Part shown: in pieces, positions 1 through 8,489 of the stretch
How positions within the stretch are numbered: the first letter of the stretch is position 1
Layout of the letters: each line of letters begins with the position of its first letter
From: Candidatus Hydrogenedentota bacterium
GTDB taxonomy: Bacteria; Hydrogenedentota; Hydrogenedentia; Hydrogenedentales; SLHB01
Assembly: GCA_029974275.1 (NCBI GenBank)
Contig: JARKSN010000151.1
Span: forward strand, 1 to 63,417
DNA: 63,417 nt
Direction: 5' to 3'
Notes under the pieces: model-generated
What the model saw: the letters and a program-made list of their open reading frames with translations, nothing else
Database searches by the model: none
Told to the model about the DNA's origin: nothing
Position numbers and translations under genes: made by a program

Positions 1-120
1 CGAAAAATCGCCCTGAACGCGCTCAAAGCCAACACCACCAAGAAAGCCAGCATCAAAGGAAAACGAAAAATCGCCGGATGGGACAACGACTACCTCAAGG
101 AAATCCTCCTGGCTATGTGA
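1..120 (+). CDS. ISAs1-family transposase, C-terminal fragment (truncated by window edge)
   Basis: Frame 1 reads RKIALNALKANTTKKASIKGKRKIAGWDNDYLKEILLAM*, the typical ISAs1/H-repeat transposase C-terminus (R.IALN.L...K.S.K.KR..AGWD..YL..IL). Confidence 0.85.
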   Translation, partial: RKIALNALKANTTKKASIKGKRKIAGWDNDYLKEILLAM

Positions 121-140
121 CTTTTAATGCGATAGCCCTG
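1..140 (+). mobile_element. Right end of ISAs1-family insertion sequence
   Basis: Transposase stop followed by TTTTAATGCGATAGCCCTG; GCCCTG (135-140) is the reverse complement of the CAGGGC ISAs1 terminus. Confidence 0.75.
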
Positions 141-148
141 CAGGTTGG

Positions 149-177
149 TTGAGTTAGGGGATACGTTCTGGTATCAT
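149..177 (+). promoter_or_regulatory. sigma70-type promoter for the tRNA
   Basis: TTGAGT (149-154), 17-bp spacer, TG-n-TATCAT (172-177). Confidence 0.55.
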
Positions 178-223
178 GCCGCGCGTGAGGCGTCCCAAGA
201 GACGCTCGCTTGTCAGACAGGAT

Positions 224-300
224 GCCGGTGTAGCTCAGCTGGTTAGAGCAGTGGAATCATAATCCACGTGTCCGCGGTTCGAATCCGTGCACCGGCACCA
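224..300 (+). tRNA. tRNA with CAT anticodon, most likely elongator tRNA-Met (Ile2 not excluded)
   Basis: Acceptor stem GCCGGTG/CACCGGC, D-arm TAGCTCAGCTGGTTAGAGC, anticodon arm GTGGA-ATCATAA-TCCAC, T-loop GGTTCGAATCC, encoded ACCA end; paired G1-C72 and no GGG/CCC anticodon stem, so not initiator. Confidence 0.95.
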
Positions 301-455
301 TTTTCCCGCATGCGGTCCCATTCCGGCGCGATGATCGCGCCCCATGCACGCCCCCTCCAAAATGCCGCAATCATGCGTTCCTGAATGCGCACTGGGAAAG
401 CAACCCCAAAGACAGTATCATGACATCCTCTGCAAACAACCGAAAGGAGAAGCAA

Positions 456-1337
456 ATGCGACGAATCGCGTGCGTCGGCTTGGCGCTGTGCGCGCTTCTC
501 GGCTGTGGACACGAAACCGGCACGCCATCTTCATCCGAGACTGCCAACCCAAACACCGCCGCGCCCGCCGAAACCGCCGCCCTTCCCATCCTGCGCGTCA
601 CGGGAGAAAGCGCCCTCAAACAACTGGAGAAAGAACTCGAAACCATCGCCATCCGCCCGCCCGCCGGCATGCCGCGCAACAACGAAATGTCGCAATTGCT
701 CGACGAAATCTCCGGCTTGCGCAACGATCTGCGTCTTTTCCGGGCCAGCATGGAAATGTATCTTGGCGCTTCGGAAAGCATCGCCCGACAAGACCGGGCC
801 CAACTCCTGTTCCACATGCAACAGCTTACGGCGCGCCTGCGGGAACAGGACGCCCCCCCGGCCACATTCCAGTCCCCGGACGCCGTTTCCGCCCACCCCT
901 ACGCCGCACCCTCCGGCGCAACGCCAACGGCCGGCGAAAACATCGCCCTGGCAAGCGTCGGAGGACTGCGCTACGCCGTCGTGAAGGAATGGGAAACGCC
1001 TCCCGGAAAACCAAACGGCGAATACAGCGCGAAAGGCATGATCTGCATCGCGCCCGGCAACTCCTCGGAACGCGATCTGGCCGCATTGGGACGCTCCCTC
1101 GCGCAACAATACGACCGGTACGACACGATGACCATCGACGTCTTCGACAGCATGGAGCCTGCCCGGCGCTACGCCGCCGACGGCTCCGACGACCCCGACC
1201 GGCGCCTCCTGCAAATCATCAAAAAAACCGGGGAACGGCCCAAAATCCTGCTCCATCCCGGCGAAAACGCCGCCGAAATCCCGCTGGAAGACAACGCCCC
1301 CCCCGCCCCCTCGCCGCACGAAAGCGGCGCATCATGA
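456..1337 (+). CDS. Hypothetical lipoprotein with coiled-coil segment
   Basis: AGGAG RBS before ATG 456; MRRIACVGLALCALLGC lipobox; Pro/Ala linkers and helical heptads. Confidence 0.7.
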   Translation: MRRIACVGLALCALLGCGHETGTPSSSETANPNTAAPAETAALPILRVTGESALKQLEKELETIAIRPPAGMPRNNEMSQLLDEISGLRNDLRLFRASMEMYLGASESIARQDRAQLLFHMQQLTARLREQDAPPATFQSPDAVSAHPYAAPSGATPTAGENIALASVGGLRYAVVKEWETPPGKPNGEYSAKGMICIAPGNSSERDLAALGRSLAQQYDRYDTMTIDVFDSMEPARRYAADGSDDPDRRLLQIIKKTGERPKILLHPGENAAEIPLEDNAPPAPSPHESGAS

Positions 1338-1368
1338 CCGCCATTCTCCCGCCGCGCCAAACCTCTGA

Positions 1369-2391
1369 CTACGCGGGCCAAGATATCGGCAGAAACAGAC
1401 GCTGATAAAACTGAAGCGCATACGAATCCGTCATGCTGGCAATGAAGTCAACCACGCGCCGCTCCAAACTATCCTCCGGATCGCCTCGCAACGCTTCCGG
1501 CGTTGGACGCTCCATGAGGTGGCCGTACAACTCGCGAAGAAGCTTCTTGGCCTTCTCAATCTCCACGTGAATGACAGGCCCCGGATATACATGCGCATAC
1601 AAATAAGAACGAAGCTCACACACCGCCTGACGAACCGCCTCCTCCATCCCCACGCGCCCGTCCCCACTCCCCAACACCAAGGCCGTGGTCATCGCCTCAA
1701 TCCGCTCCGAAGACGTCGCGCCAAGCAACCGGATCGCCTCCCGCGGCAAATCCCCCAACGTAATAAGACCCGCGCGGATCGCGTCATCGATATCATGGTT
1801 GATATACGCGATAGCGTCGCACAAACTGACGATCTGCCCCTCCAACGTCGAGGCGGCGGGCGCAGGACTCCCCAGCAACAGGCCCTTGCCGCGAGAATGA
1901 TGCTCGATGCCGTCCCGCACCTCCCACGTCAAATTCAACCCCGGCCCATGGCGGGTCGACTCCAGCTTATCAACAATGCGCAGCCCCTGCTGACAATGAC
2001 GAAACCCCTCGGAAAAAACCTCGTTCAACACGCTCTCCCCCGCGTGCCCGAACGGCGCATGCCCCAAATCATGACCAAGAGAAATCGCCTCGCAAAGGTC
2101 TTCGTTCAACGACAACGCCCGCGCGGCAGTCCGAGCGATCTGCGCAACCTCGAGCGTGTGCGTCAACCGCGTGCGATAATGATCCCCCTCCGGCGCAAGA
2201 AAAACCTGCGTCTTCCGTTTAAGACGGCGAAACGCCTTGGCGTGCAAAATGCGGTCGCGGTCCCGCTGAAACGCCGTCCGATACGCATGCTCCGGCTCGA
2301 AGCGGCCGCGTCCTCGCGTGCGGCTCGACAACGTCGCATACGGGCTCAGCCACAGACGCTCCCGCTCTTCCAGCGTTTCACGAAGATTCAT
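1369..2391 (-). CDS. dgt: Deoxyguanosinetriphosphate triphosphohydrolase (HD family)
   Basis: RTAFQRDRDRILH..AFRRL..KTQVF, RTRLTHTLEVAQIAR, GHDLGHAPFGHAGE, D.IAY..HDIDDA, DFIASMTD motifs. Confidence 0.93.
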   Translation of the reverse strand: MNLRETLEERERLWLSPYATLSSRTRGRGRFEPEHAYRTAFQRDRDRILHAKAFRRLKRKTQVFLAPEGDHYRTRLTHTLEVAQIARTAARALSLNEDLCEAISLGHDLGHAPFGHAGESVLNEVFSEGFRHCQQGLRIVDKLESTRHGPGLNLTWEVRDGIEHHSRGKGLLLGSPAPAASTLEGQIVSLCDAIAYINHDIDDAIRAGLITLGDLPREAIRLLGATSSERIEAMTTALVLGSGDGRVGMEEAVRQAVCELRSYLYAHVYPGPVIHVEIEKAKKLLRELYGHLMERPTPEALRGDPEDSLERRVVDFIASMTDSYALQFYQRLFLPISWPA

Positions 2392-2401
2392 GGATGGAGG
2401 G

Positions 2402-3133
2402 TCACTTGCCCTTTTCCAGGCGCTTGGCCAGTTCCACCGGCAGCCCCGCCTGAATGATCTTCCGGGCGCACGCCTCGATATCGTACTCGACCCGGCAAAA
2501 TTCGAACAACCGCTTTTCGGCGTCAAACAGGCCGAAACACGCACGAGGATCATGATCGCGCGGCTGGCCAACCGCGCCCGGATTGATGAAATGCCTCGAA
2601 AAGGGAACCAATTGGCACAAACTGCCGTGCTGGGTGGACTGGTTGGCCCCTTTCTCGCCGAAAAAGGCGGGACGGTGACTATGCCCAAAAAACACCACGT
2701 TCACATTGCGCCCATTGAGATATTCCATCTGCCGAATGGCATCGAGCCAATCGATAATACAATCGTCACGGCTGCTGGGCGAACCATGAACGCCCAGACA
2801 CTCGCCATGAAACGTGATCTGCTCCGGAGCGCACGAAAGCCACCGCCGGTTGTCGTCGCTCAACTCCTCGAACTGCCACTCGATCGCCTTCTTGGCCGCC
2901 GACCGGAAAAACCACGGATCCTCCAGACCGCAGACGGCGGCGTCGTGGTTCCCCATCACCGTGGGAATATGGCGATCGCGAATGATTTCGACGACTTCAT
3001 TCGGATTGGCATTATAACCCGTCAGATCGCCCAAACAGATGATGTGATCCGGCTTTCGCTTGTCAATTTCGCGAAAAACCGCCTGCGTGGCTTCCAAATT
3101 GGCGTGCAAATCCGTGATAATCGCAATGAGCAT
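2402..3133 (-). CDS. Calcineurin-like metallophosphoesterase
   Basis: DLHAN, LGDLTGY, GNHD, HGSP, GHSH, INPGAVGQPRD motifs. Confidence 0.9.
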   Translation of the reverse strand: MLIAIITDLHANLEATQAVFREIDKRKPDHIICLGDLTGYNANPNEVVEIIRDRHIPTVMGNHDAAVCGLEDPWFFRSAAKKAIEWQFEELSDDNRRWLSCAPEQITFHGECLGVHGSPSSRDDCIIDWLDAIRQMEYLNGRNVNVVFFGHSHRPAFFGEKGANQSTQHGSLCQLVPFSRHFINPGAVGQPRDHDPRACFGLFDAEKRLFEFCRVEYDIEACARKIIQAGLPVELAKRLEKGK

Positions 3134-3375
3134 GGCGCGGCTACCCGGCGCTCCATTCCCGCAACGACGAAGCGAACACGCTACGCCGCATCCCGTGCAA
3201 CGCCCGATTGACGCTGCACACCCCTTCCGCGCCCCGGCCAGACAAATTCACGACGCAGAAAATCGCCCAAACACGGCGCCTCCCCGTACGCCGCACATCG
3301 CGCATAATCAATCCTTTTCAACCTCCAGGCATGTGGTTGCGAAAAAAAAACAGGCCGGAAACACCCCGCGCGCAA

Positions 3376-4392
3376 CTACCCCCCCAACGACCCGCCCACA
3401 GGATCCTCGGGCTTCGGCTGCGCCGATTGCTGGATAATCTTGCGTAACTGCAGCACTTTTTTCTTGGCATGCGCATTCGTGGGGGCCAGTTTCAGCACCT
3501 GCTCCATCCACGACAGCGCCTGCACATAGTCATGCCTCTTGATGTATTGTACCCCGATGTTGTACTGCGTGTACAGCAATTTCTTGCGAAGCCGAAGCGA
3601 TTGCGGAAACTTCTTCTGCGCCAGCACATACTGCTGATAGGCCGCCTCATAATTCCGCATCTCCGAATGGAAATCCCCCAGCGTCTCCTCCTGACTGAGC
3701 GACGCCTCGGGGGACTCGCCCGCCGCCTGCGCCTCGGCATGCCTCTTCGCGCGATACTCCTCCTTCGTATACACGCCCCGCGCCGCCGCCCGCTCCACAA
3801 GCATGCTGATGTTGTTCGAATCCTTGTCGGCAGGCACAAGAAAAAAACGCGGCTCATCCGGATTCAGCGGATGCATCGCCGCCCCCTCCACAAGCTCGCC
3901 ATCGAAAAATTCCACGACAACCGGGCCACCCTCCGTCGCGACCTCCCGATACGGACGCGACTTGTCGAAATGACCGTCAAAACTCTTCACGTAACACACA
4001 GCCTTCAGATCGGAAAAACGAACCCCTAACGTCTTGCCCGTCATGACGCCGTCCCGCGTGCAACAATCCAGATAAAACCCCGAATCGCGCGGATTCAGCG
4101 CAAAACAAACCCCATACGCGCGCCGACCATCCCGAAAAGCGACCACCAACTGCATGCGGGTATGCTTTTTGCGCGATTCCTCCTGCTTGCGATTTTCCTC
4201 CTCCTGTCTGCGTTGCCGATCGTCTTGCCAGCGCAGGATCAATTCATCGCCAATATTCGCCTTGCGCACATGGGTCGGATACAGCCCCTGACGATGAATC
4301 TCCGTCAACGCGGCGTTTTCAGACTCCGCCTCGACAACGCCGGACATTTCCTTGCCCGCCGCATCGATGGCTTTGTAGGTGAACTTGGCCAC
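3376..4392 (-). CDS. Fusion protein: GspF/PilC-like N-terminal segment + DUF6982-like tandem beta domains + C-terminal TPR
   Basis: GTG start after GGGAG; AKFTYKAIDAAGKEMSGVVEAESE..A...I...GLYP; VV.F.DG repeated twice with LKAV.YVKSF.G and FFLVPAD..SNN; YNIGVQY...DY..AL...EQVLKLAP.N. Confidence 0.7.
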   Translation of the reverse strand: MAKFTYKAIDAAGKEMSGVVEAESENAALTEIHRQGLYPTHVRKANIGDELILRWQDDRQRRQEEENRKQEESRKKHTRMQLVVAFRDGRRAYGVCFALNPRDSGFYLDCCTRDGVMTGKTLGVRFSDLKAVCYVKSFDGHFDKSRPYREVATEGGPVVVEFFDGELVEGAAMHPLNPDEPRFFLVPADKDSNNISMLVERAAARGVYTKEEYRAKRHAEAQAAGESPEASLSQEETLGDFHSEMRNYEAAYQQYVLAQKKFPQSLRLRKKLLYTQYNIGVQYIKRHDYVQALSWMEQVLKLAPTNAHAKKKVLQLRKIIQQSAQPKPEDPVGGSLGG

Positions 4393-4600
4393 GACCGACT
4401 CTCCCGTGTTGCGCACTGAGGCCCATCGAGCGCCGATGGAAGAGGAATCGCCGCATAACGCCCATTCCCTCTTCTCCACAGGCGGGATTCATCACGGCGG
4501 ATGTAAGGGGCAAGAGCATTCTCTTGTACGGAAAGCCATGCGCCCCCGCCGCATTGCGGCACGCAAAGCGCAGTGTACATCCCGCCCTCGGCTTTTCATA

Positions 4601-4629
4601 ACCTTACCACCAAACGCCGGTATTGTCAA
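4601..4629 (-). promoter_or_regulatory. sigma70-type promoter about 200 nt upstream of the fusion gene
   Basis: Minus strand TTGACA-17 bp-TAAGGT. Confidence 0.5.
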
Positions 4630-4769
4630 AAGGCGGAAAACCGAGAAAACAAAACTCCTGATGAGCACCCATGCCCCAGCGTATCTCGCCCGCGAAAACA
4701 CCAGAAACGAAAAAAGCGGAAGCGCTTTTCGCGCCTCCGCCGCGTGATTGCCAACCAACATGCAACGCG

Positions 4770-5123
4770 TTACGTCCCCGAAGAAGGAACATGCCCCATA
4801 CGATAAATCTTCACCTTTAGCAACCCATTTTTGGGGTCCAACTGCCGCATTGCCGCCAATGACAAGTCGATCACCCGCGCCGACACATACGGACCGCTAT
4901 CGGTGTGCCGCACGATGACAGAACGCCCGTTCTCCGCAACCACCAGATAATGAGCCCCAAAATCGCCTTTGGGAAGCGCGCACGTGAACTTATGATCCTG
5001 CAAAAGCTCTCCCGACGCCGTCACGCTGCCGCTGCTGGCCACCGTATAATAGGATGCAATGCCCTCAGCGACGGGTTGAAGCGGCTGTTGACACAGCAGC
5101 ACCAACGCTATCACTTCTATCAT
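4770..5123 (-). CDS. rlpA: RlpA-like double-psi beta-barrel lytic transglycosylase, short form without SPOR domain
   Basis: GIASYY, TASGE, V..ENGRSVIVR.TD.GPY...RVIDLS.AA motifs. Confidence 0.82.
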   Translation of the reverse strand: MIEVIALVLLCQQPLQPVAEGIASYYTVASSGSVTASGELLQDHKFTCALPKGDFGAHYLVVAENGRSVIVRHTDSGPYVSARVIDLSLAAMRQLDPKNGLLKVKIYRMGHVPSSGT

Positions 5124-5439
5124 GCCTTTTCTCCCTTTCCGCATTCCCCTGAGTTCCTCGCTACGAGGAATCCTCGCGAAATGCCTATCCACCGCAAGGG
5201 CCACGGCCCGTGAGGCACAGACGCCATACCGCTTGTCAGGCGCCGCAGCAAGACGCCATCCGCGTCCGCCGCCCCGGGCCACCGTCCCACCGCCACACCG
5301 GCAAGACGTCCACCGCCCCGTTTTCCAGCACTTCTTTCCCCAAAAGGCGCCCCGTGCGCCCCTCGGCAAGCGATCGTTATGACACACTCCCCCTCTCCAT
5401 GTCAACCACCGGAAGCAAAAAAAGCGCCGATCCGACTTA

Positions 5440-5940
5440 TAAATATTCCCGTTATTTCACATATAAAATTCATTCAACACCCAATGTGGACTGGATAAAT
5501 GCCATTTTTCGTATAATGATTTTGCGTTACGCGCCATATGATAATCATCATTATTTCGAACTATTATGTATTGAAATCGAGACATGGATATTCATTTTTT
5601 CAAATCAATTGATACAAATATCGCGATCGATTTTCGAGACAATTCATGGGGTATTCGTTTTCAATACATTATATATCAATACCTTACAAATACATATCGC
5701 CTCGCGCCCCCTACGCGCACGATCAAGATACATAGTGAAAATTGTATTTGATACGTTAAGATATATTTCAGAGTTGAGTCCATTTTTCTCTTTCCACTAT
5801 GAAAATATATTCTATGATGTAAGTCATCGCCGGAGTTCCGTATCCCGATTCCAAGGAAAACCAGGGTTCGGCAGGACGGCAAGTTACGTCCAGATTCCTT
5901 TGCCCTGGAATTTTTTTTATTTCGGATATGATACGTGATG
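5440..5940. other. AT-rich (about 30% GC) intergenic island
   Basis: For example 5461-5520 has 18/60 G+C, against roughly 60-68% in flanking genes. Confidence 0.9.
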
Positions 5941-6080
5941 CTAGGGGCTGAATTTGCGCGCCATGGTTTCAAAAAGGGGACGTTCTGGGGAAAACCTATC
6001 TCTCGCACATCGTGGACGGCGCGCGATTTCTGGCCCTGGCAGACACTTTGGAAAACCCGCAGCCCACGACAGGAGGGAGA

Positions 6081-7271
6081 TCACAGGGAAAGGTTGCCGG
6101 GATCGTCCGTGTGCATCCCCAGCAGGGCGCGTCGGAGGCACTCGAGGGCCGTAACGCCGACGCGCAGAGCGGTGAGCCGGCCCCAGTCGCCGAGCGGCAA
6201 TTGCCAGGCAGTACGGGACTCAGGGGTTGCGAAAACAGCGTCCAGCGCGGCCCCTTGGTCGCGTGGAACCATGGCCAAAGCGCAATCGGCATGGAACATG
6301 GCGCGCACGCTTTCGGCCAAGGTCTCCGCGTTTGTCTGGGGCAAGAGGTTCGCTGGGTCGCCAAGAACCATCCCGCCTGCGAAAGAAACGGCGCCTGCCG
6401 CACGCAGACGCTGGGCAATGACGCCGCCGCTAACCGTTTCGGCAGTCGCCAGCGACCAGCCCCTCTGGGCGAAAAGTCCGTCGACCACGGCCTCAAGAGT
6501 GTCGTTGTCCTTCCCGAAAATGCTCTGGGGGAGGCGACGCCGCAGCTTGCCCTCGACTTCCGCAATCATGTTCTCGGCCTCCGTGCGGCATTGCGCAAGA
6601 GCGGTTATCCGAATGCGGACGGCATCCGGCGAGGCAAGTATGCCGATGGTCGGGTTTTTCTGGGTTTGAATGAGGTCGCCGATGACGGCGTCGACGCGCG
6701 ATTCGCCTATGCCCGCGATCTTGAGCACTCGCGAATCCAGCAGACCCGCGATCCCGTATTTCTGACGCAGATAGGGCACGACGCGTTCGGTCAGCATGGC
6801 CTCGAGCTCTGACGGCACGCCGGGCATGGCGATGATGACGCCGCGCTCGTCTTCGACGATAAGGCCCGGCGCGGTTCCGTTGGGGTTTTCGATGGCGATG
6901 GCGCCCGCCGGGGCGAAGGCCTGCTTGCGGTTGTTTTCCGTCATGGGACGGCGCATCCGGGCAAAGCGGGCCGTGACCTGGGCCAGCAACTCTTCACGGA
7001 ACTCGAGCGGGCGATTGAGGAGCGCGGCGATGCTCTCCCGGGTAAGATCGTCCTCGGTCGGTCCCAATCCGCCCGACAGCAACAACACGTCGGCCCGGTC
7101 CAGGGCGGCATGCAACGCCCGGACAATCCGCTCTTGATTGTCCCCCACGGTGGTCTTTTGATACAACGGGATGCCGTGTTCGGCCAACACCCGTCCCATA
7201 TACGCGGCGTTGGCGTCTACAATCTGCCCCAGGAGCAGTTCGGTTCCAATCATGATCATTTCAGCGCGCAT
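6081..7271 (-). CDS. cinA: CinA family (MoeA/MogA-like domain + degenerate PncC domain)
   Basis: AE...IGTELLLGQIVDANA, VGDN, SGGLGPTEDDLTRE, N..GTAPG, PGVP.E, GIGES. Confidence 0.9.
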   Translation of the reverse strand: MRAEMIMIGTELLLGQIVDANAAYMGRVLAEHGIPLYQKTTVGDNQERIVRALHAALDRADVLLLSGGLGPTEDDLTRESIAALLNRPLEFREELLAQVTARFARMRRPMTENNRKQAFAPAGAIAIENPNGTAPGLIVEDERGVIIAMPGVPSELEAMLTERVVPYLRQKYGIAGLLDSRVLKIAGIGESRVDAVIGDLIQTQKNPTIGILASPDAVRIRITALAQCRTEAENMIAEVEGKLRRRLPQSIFGKDNDTLEAVVDGLFAQRGWSLATAETVSGGVIAQRLRAAGAVSFAGGMVLGDPANLLPQTNAETLAESVRAMFHADCALAMVPRDQGAALDAVFATPESRTAWQLPLGDWGRLTALRVGVTALECLRRALLGMHTDDPGNLSL

Positions 7272-7513
7272 CGATGGCCTCACGGGTTGCGCGGCACTGC
7301 ATGAAGCGGCGATTGCGAGGTTCGCAGCGCCTGCACGACGGCCTTGCGCCGCTTTCTCGCGATCCCCTACGCGGCGGTTGTGTTTCGAAAACGGATGCCC
7401 GATCATACGCGATGTCCCGGGGTTTCACAAACACGCCCCGCGCATGCCCGAGTCGCGGCGGCGGAAAAGTTGGAGGAGGCGCGCTGCGCCAGTGCCTGAG
7501 GAAGGAGGACCGG

Positions 7514-8260
7514 TTGTTTCACGAGATATTCGTCGCGGAAAATCTGATCGCCCTGTTGACCCTGACCGCGCTGGAGATTGTCCTAGGAATTGACAATATC
7601 GTGGTGATAGCCATCGTCACGGGGAAACTCGACAAGCGGAGCGGCGCCATCGCGCGCCAGACCGGTCTGGCCCTGGCCATGGGCATGCGAATACTGCTGC
7701 TGCTTTCTATCCGATGGATGATGGGACTTACCATGCCCCTCTTCAGCGTTTTTGAACATGCGGTGACGGGCAAGGATTTGATTCTGCTGGGAGGCGGCGC
7801 GTTTCTCATCGGTAAATCGACCTACGAAATTCACGAGCGGGTCGAGGGACCGGACAGCATCGACGCGGTGAAACGACGCAGCGTCGGATCGTTGCGAACG
7901 GCCATCATCCAGATAGCGCTGCTGGACATCGTGTTCAGCCTTGACTCGGTGATCACGGCCGTCGGCATGGCGCAGCGCCTCTGGGTCATGATATTCGCCA
8001 TTGTCGCGGCTATCCTGATGATGATGGCGTTTTCGGGAGCCATCACGGCGTTTATCCATCGTCACCCGACATTGAAAGTGTTGGCGTTGGCGTTTCTGAT
8101 GCTGATCGGGGCGATGCTGGTGGCGGAGGGACTCGGCAAGCACATCGAGAAGGGATATATCTACTTTGCGATGGCCTTTTCCTTATTCGTGGAGATGTTG
8201 AACTTGCGGGCTCAGAAAAAAGCGCCCCTTCTCCCGAAACCGCAGGGGGAGAAGCCATAA
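7514..8260 (+). CDS. TerC-family integral membrane protein
   Basis: AGGAGG then TTG; LEIVLGIDN, DIVFSLDSVITAVGM, HPTLK.LALAFL..IG, KGYIYFAMAFS. Confidence 0.93.
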   Translation: MFHEIFVAENLIALLTLTALEIVLGIDNIVVIAIVTGKLDKRSGAIARQTGLALAMGMRILLLLSIRWMMGLTMPLFSVFEHAVTGKDLILLGGGAFLIGKSTYEIHERVEGPDSIDAVKRRSVGSLRTAIIQIALLDIVFSLDSVITAVGMAQRLWVMIFAIVAAILMMMAFSGAITAFIHRHPTLKVLALAFLMLIGAMLVAEGLGKHIEKGYIYFAMAFSLFVEMLNLRAQKKAPLLPKPQGEKP

Positions 8261-8325
8261 AAAGGCGAGGCCGCGAAACCGTCCAAAGGGGGGCTTTGGA
8301 ATTACAGGGTATGCTTCGCGGCCTC
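8257..8325 (-). terminator. Terminator-like stem closing the candidate sRNA
   Basis: 11-bp inverted repeat GAGGCCGCGAA (8267-8277)/TTCGCGGCCTC (8315-8325), followed on the minus strand by GCCTTTTT. Confidence 0.5.
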
Positions 8326-8454
8326 TAGGCGCACACCCAGCGAGCGTCATCGCCACTTCGCCGGGGGATATGCATCATCAATGACGGTTGGGATATGCCT
8401 CCTCGACTTTTTGTATTGCCTACGCTTCTCGTAGGCCTAAAACCTTCTTCGCGT
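8257..8454 (-). ncRNA. Candidate small RNA (~200 nt), convergent with terC
   Basis: Near-consensus promoter at one end, GC-rich stem plus U-run at the other, several hairpins, no credible ORF. Confidence 0.5.
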
Positions 8455-8460
8455 GAGGGT

Positions 8461-8489
8461 ATAATACAAAACAAAGAGCCTCTTGTCAA
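8461..8489 (-). promoter_or_regulatory. Strong sigma70 promoter firing leftward
   Basis: Minus strand TTGACA (8489-8484), 17 bp, TATTAT (8466-8461). Confidence 0.7.

Noticed and set aside
224..300. tRNA as attachment site of an integrated element
   Set aside because: No integrase in the window and no duplicate of the tRNA 3' end was noticed
1369..2391. dGTPase as an anti-phage nucleotide-depletion system
   Set aside because: It is the short housekeeping-type enzyme with native codon use and no defence-island context
5507..5534. dif site in the AT-rich island (TTTTCGTATAA resembles a XerC arm)
   Set aside because: No XerD arm (TTATGTTAAAT-like) at 6-bp spacing, and the skew polarity fits an origin rather than a terminus
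7380..7513. yybP-ykoY manganese riboswitch upstream of terC
   Set aside because: The conserved GGGGAGUAG / GAGAC-type elements were not found
8325..8382. 17-codon minus-strand ORF (MMHIPRRSGDDARWVCA) inside the candidate sRNA
   Set aside because: The GAGGAGG lies about 19 nt from the ATG, too far for an RBS, and the peptide has no toxin-like hydrophobicity
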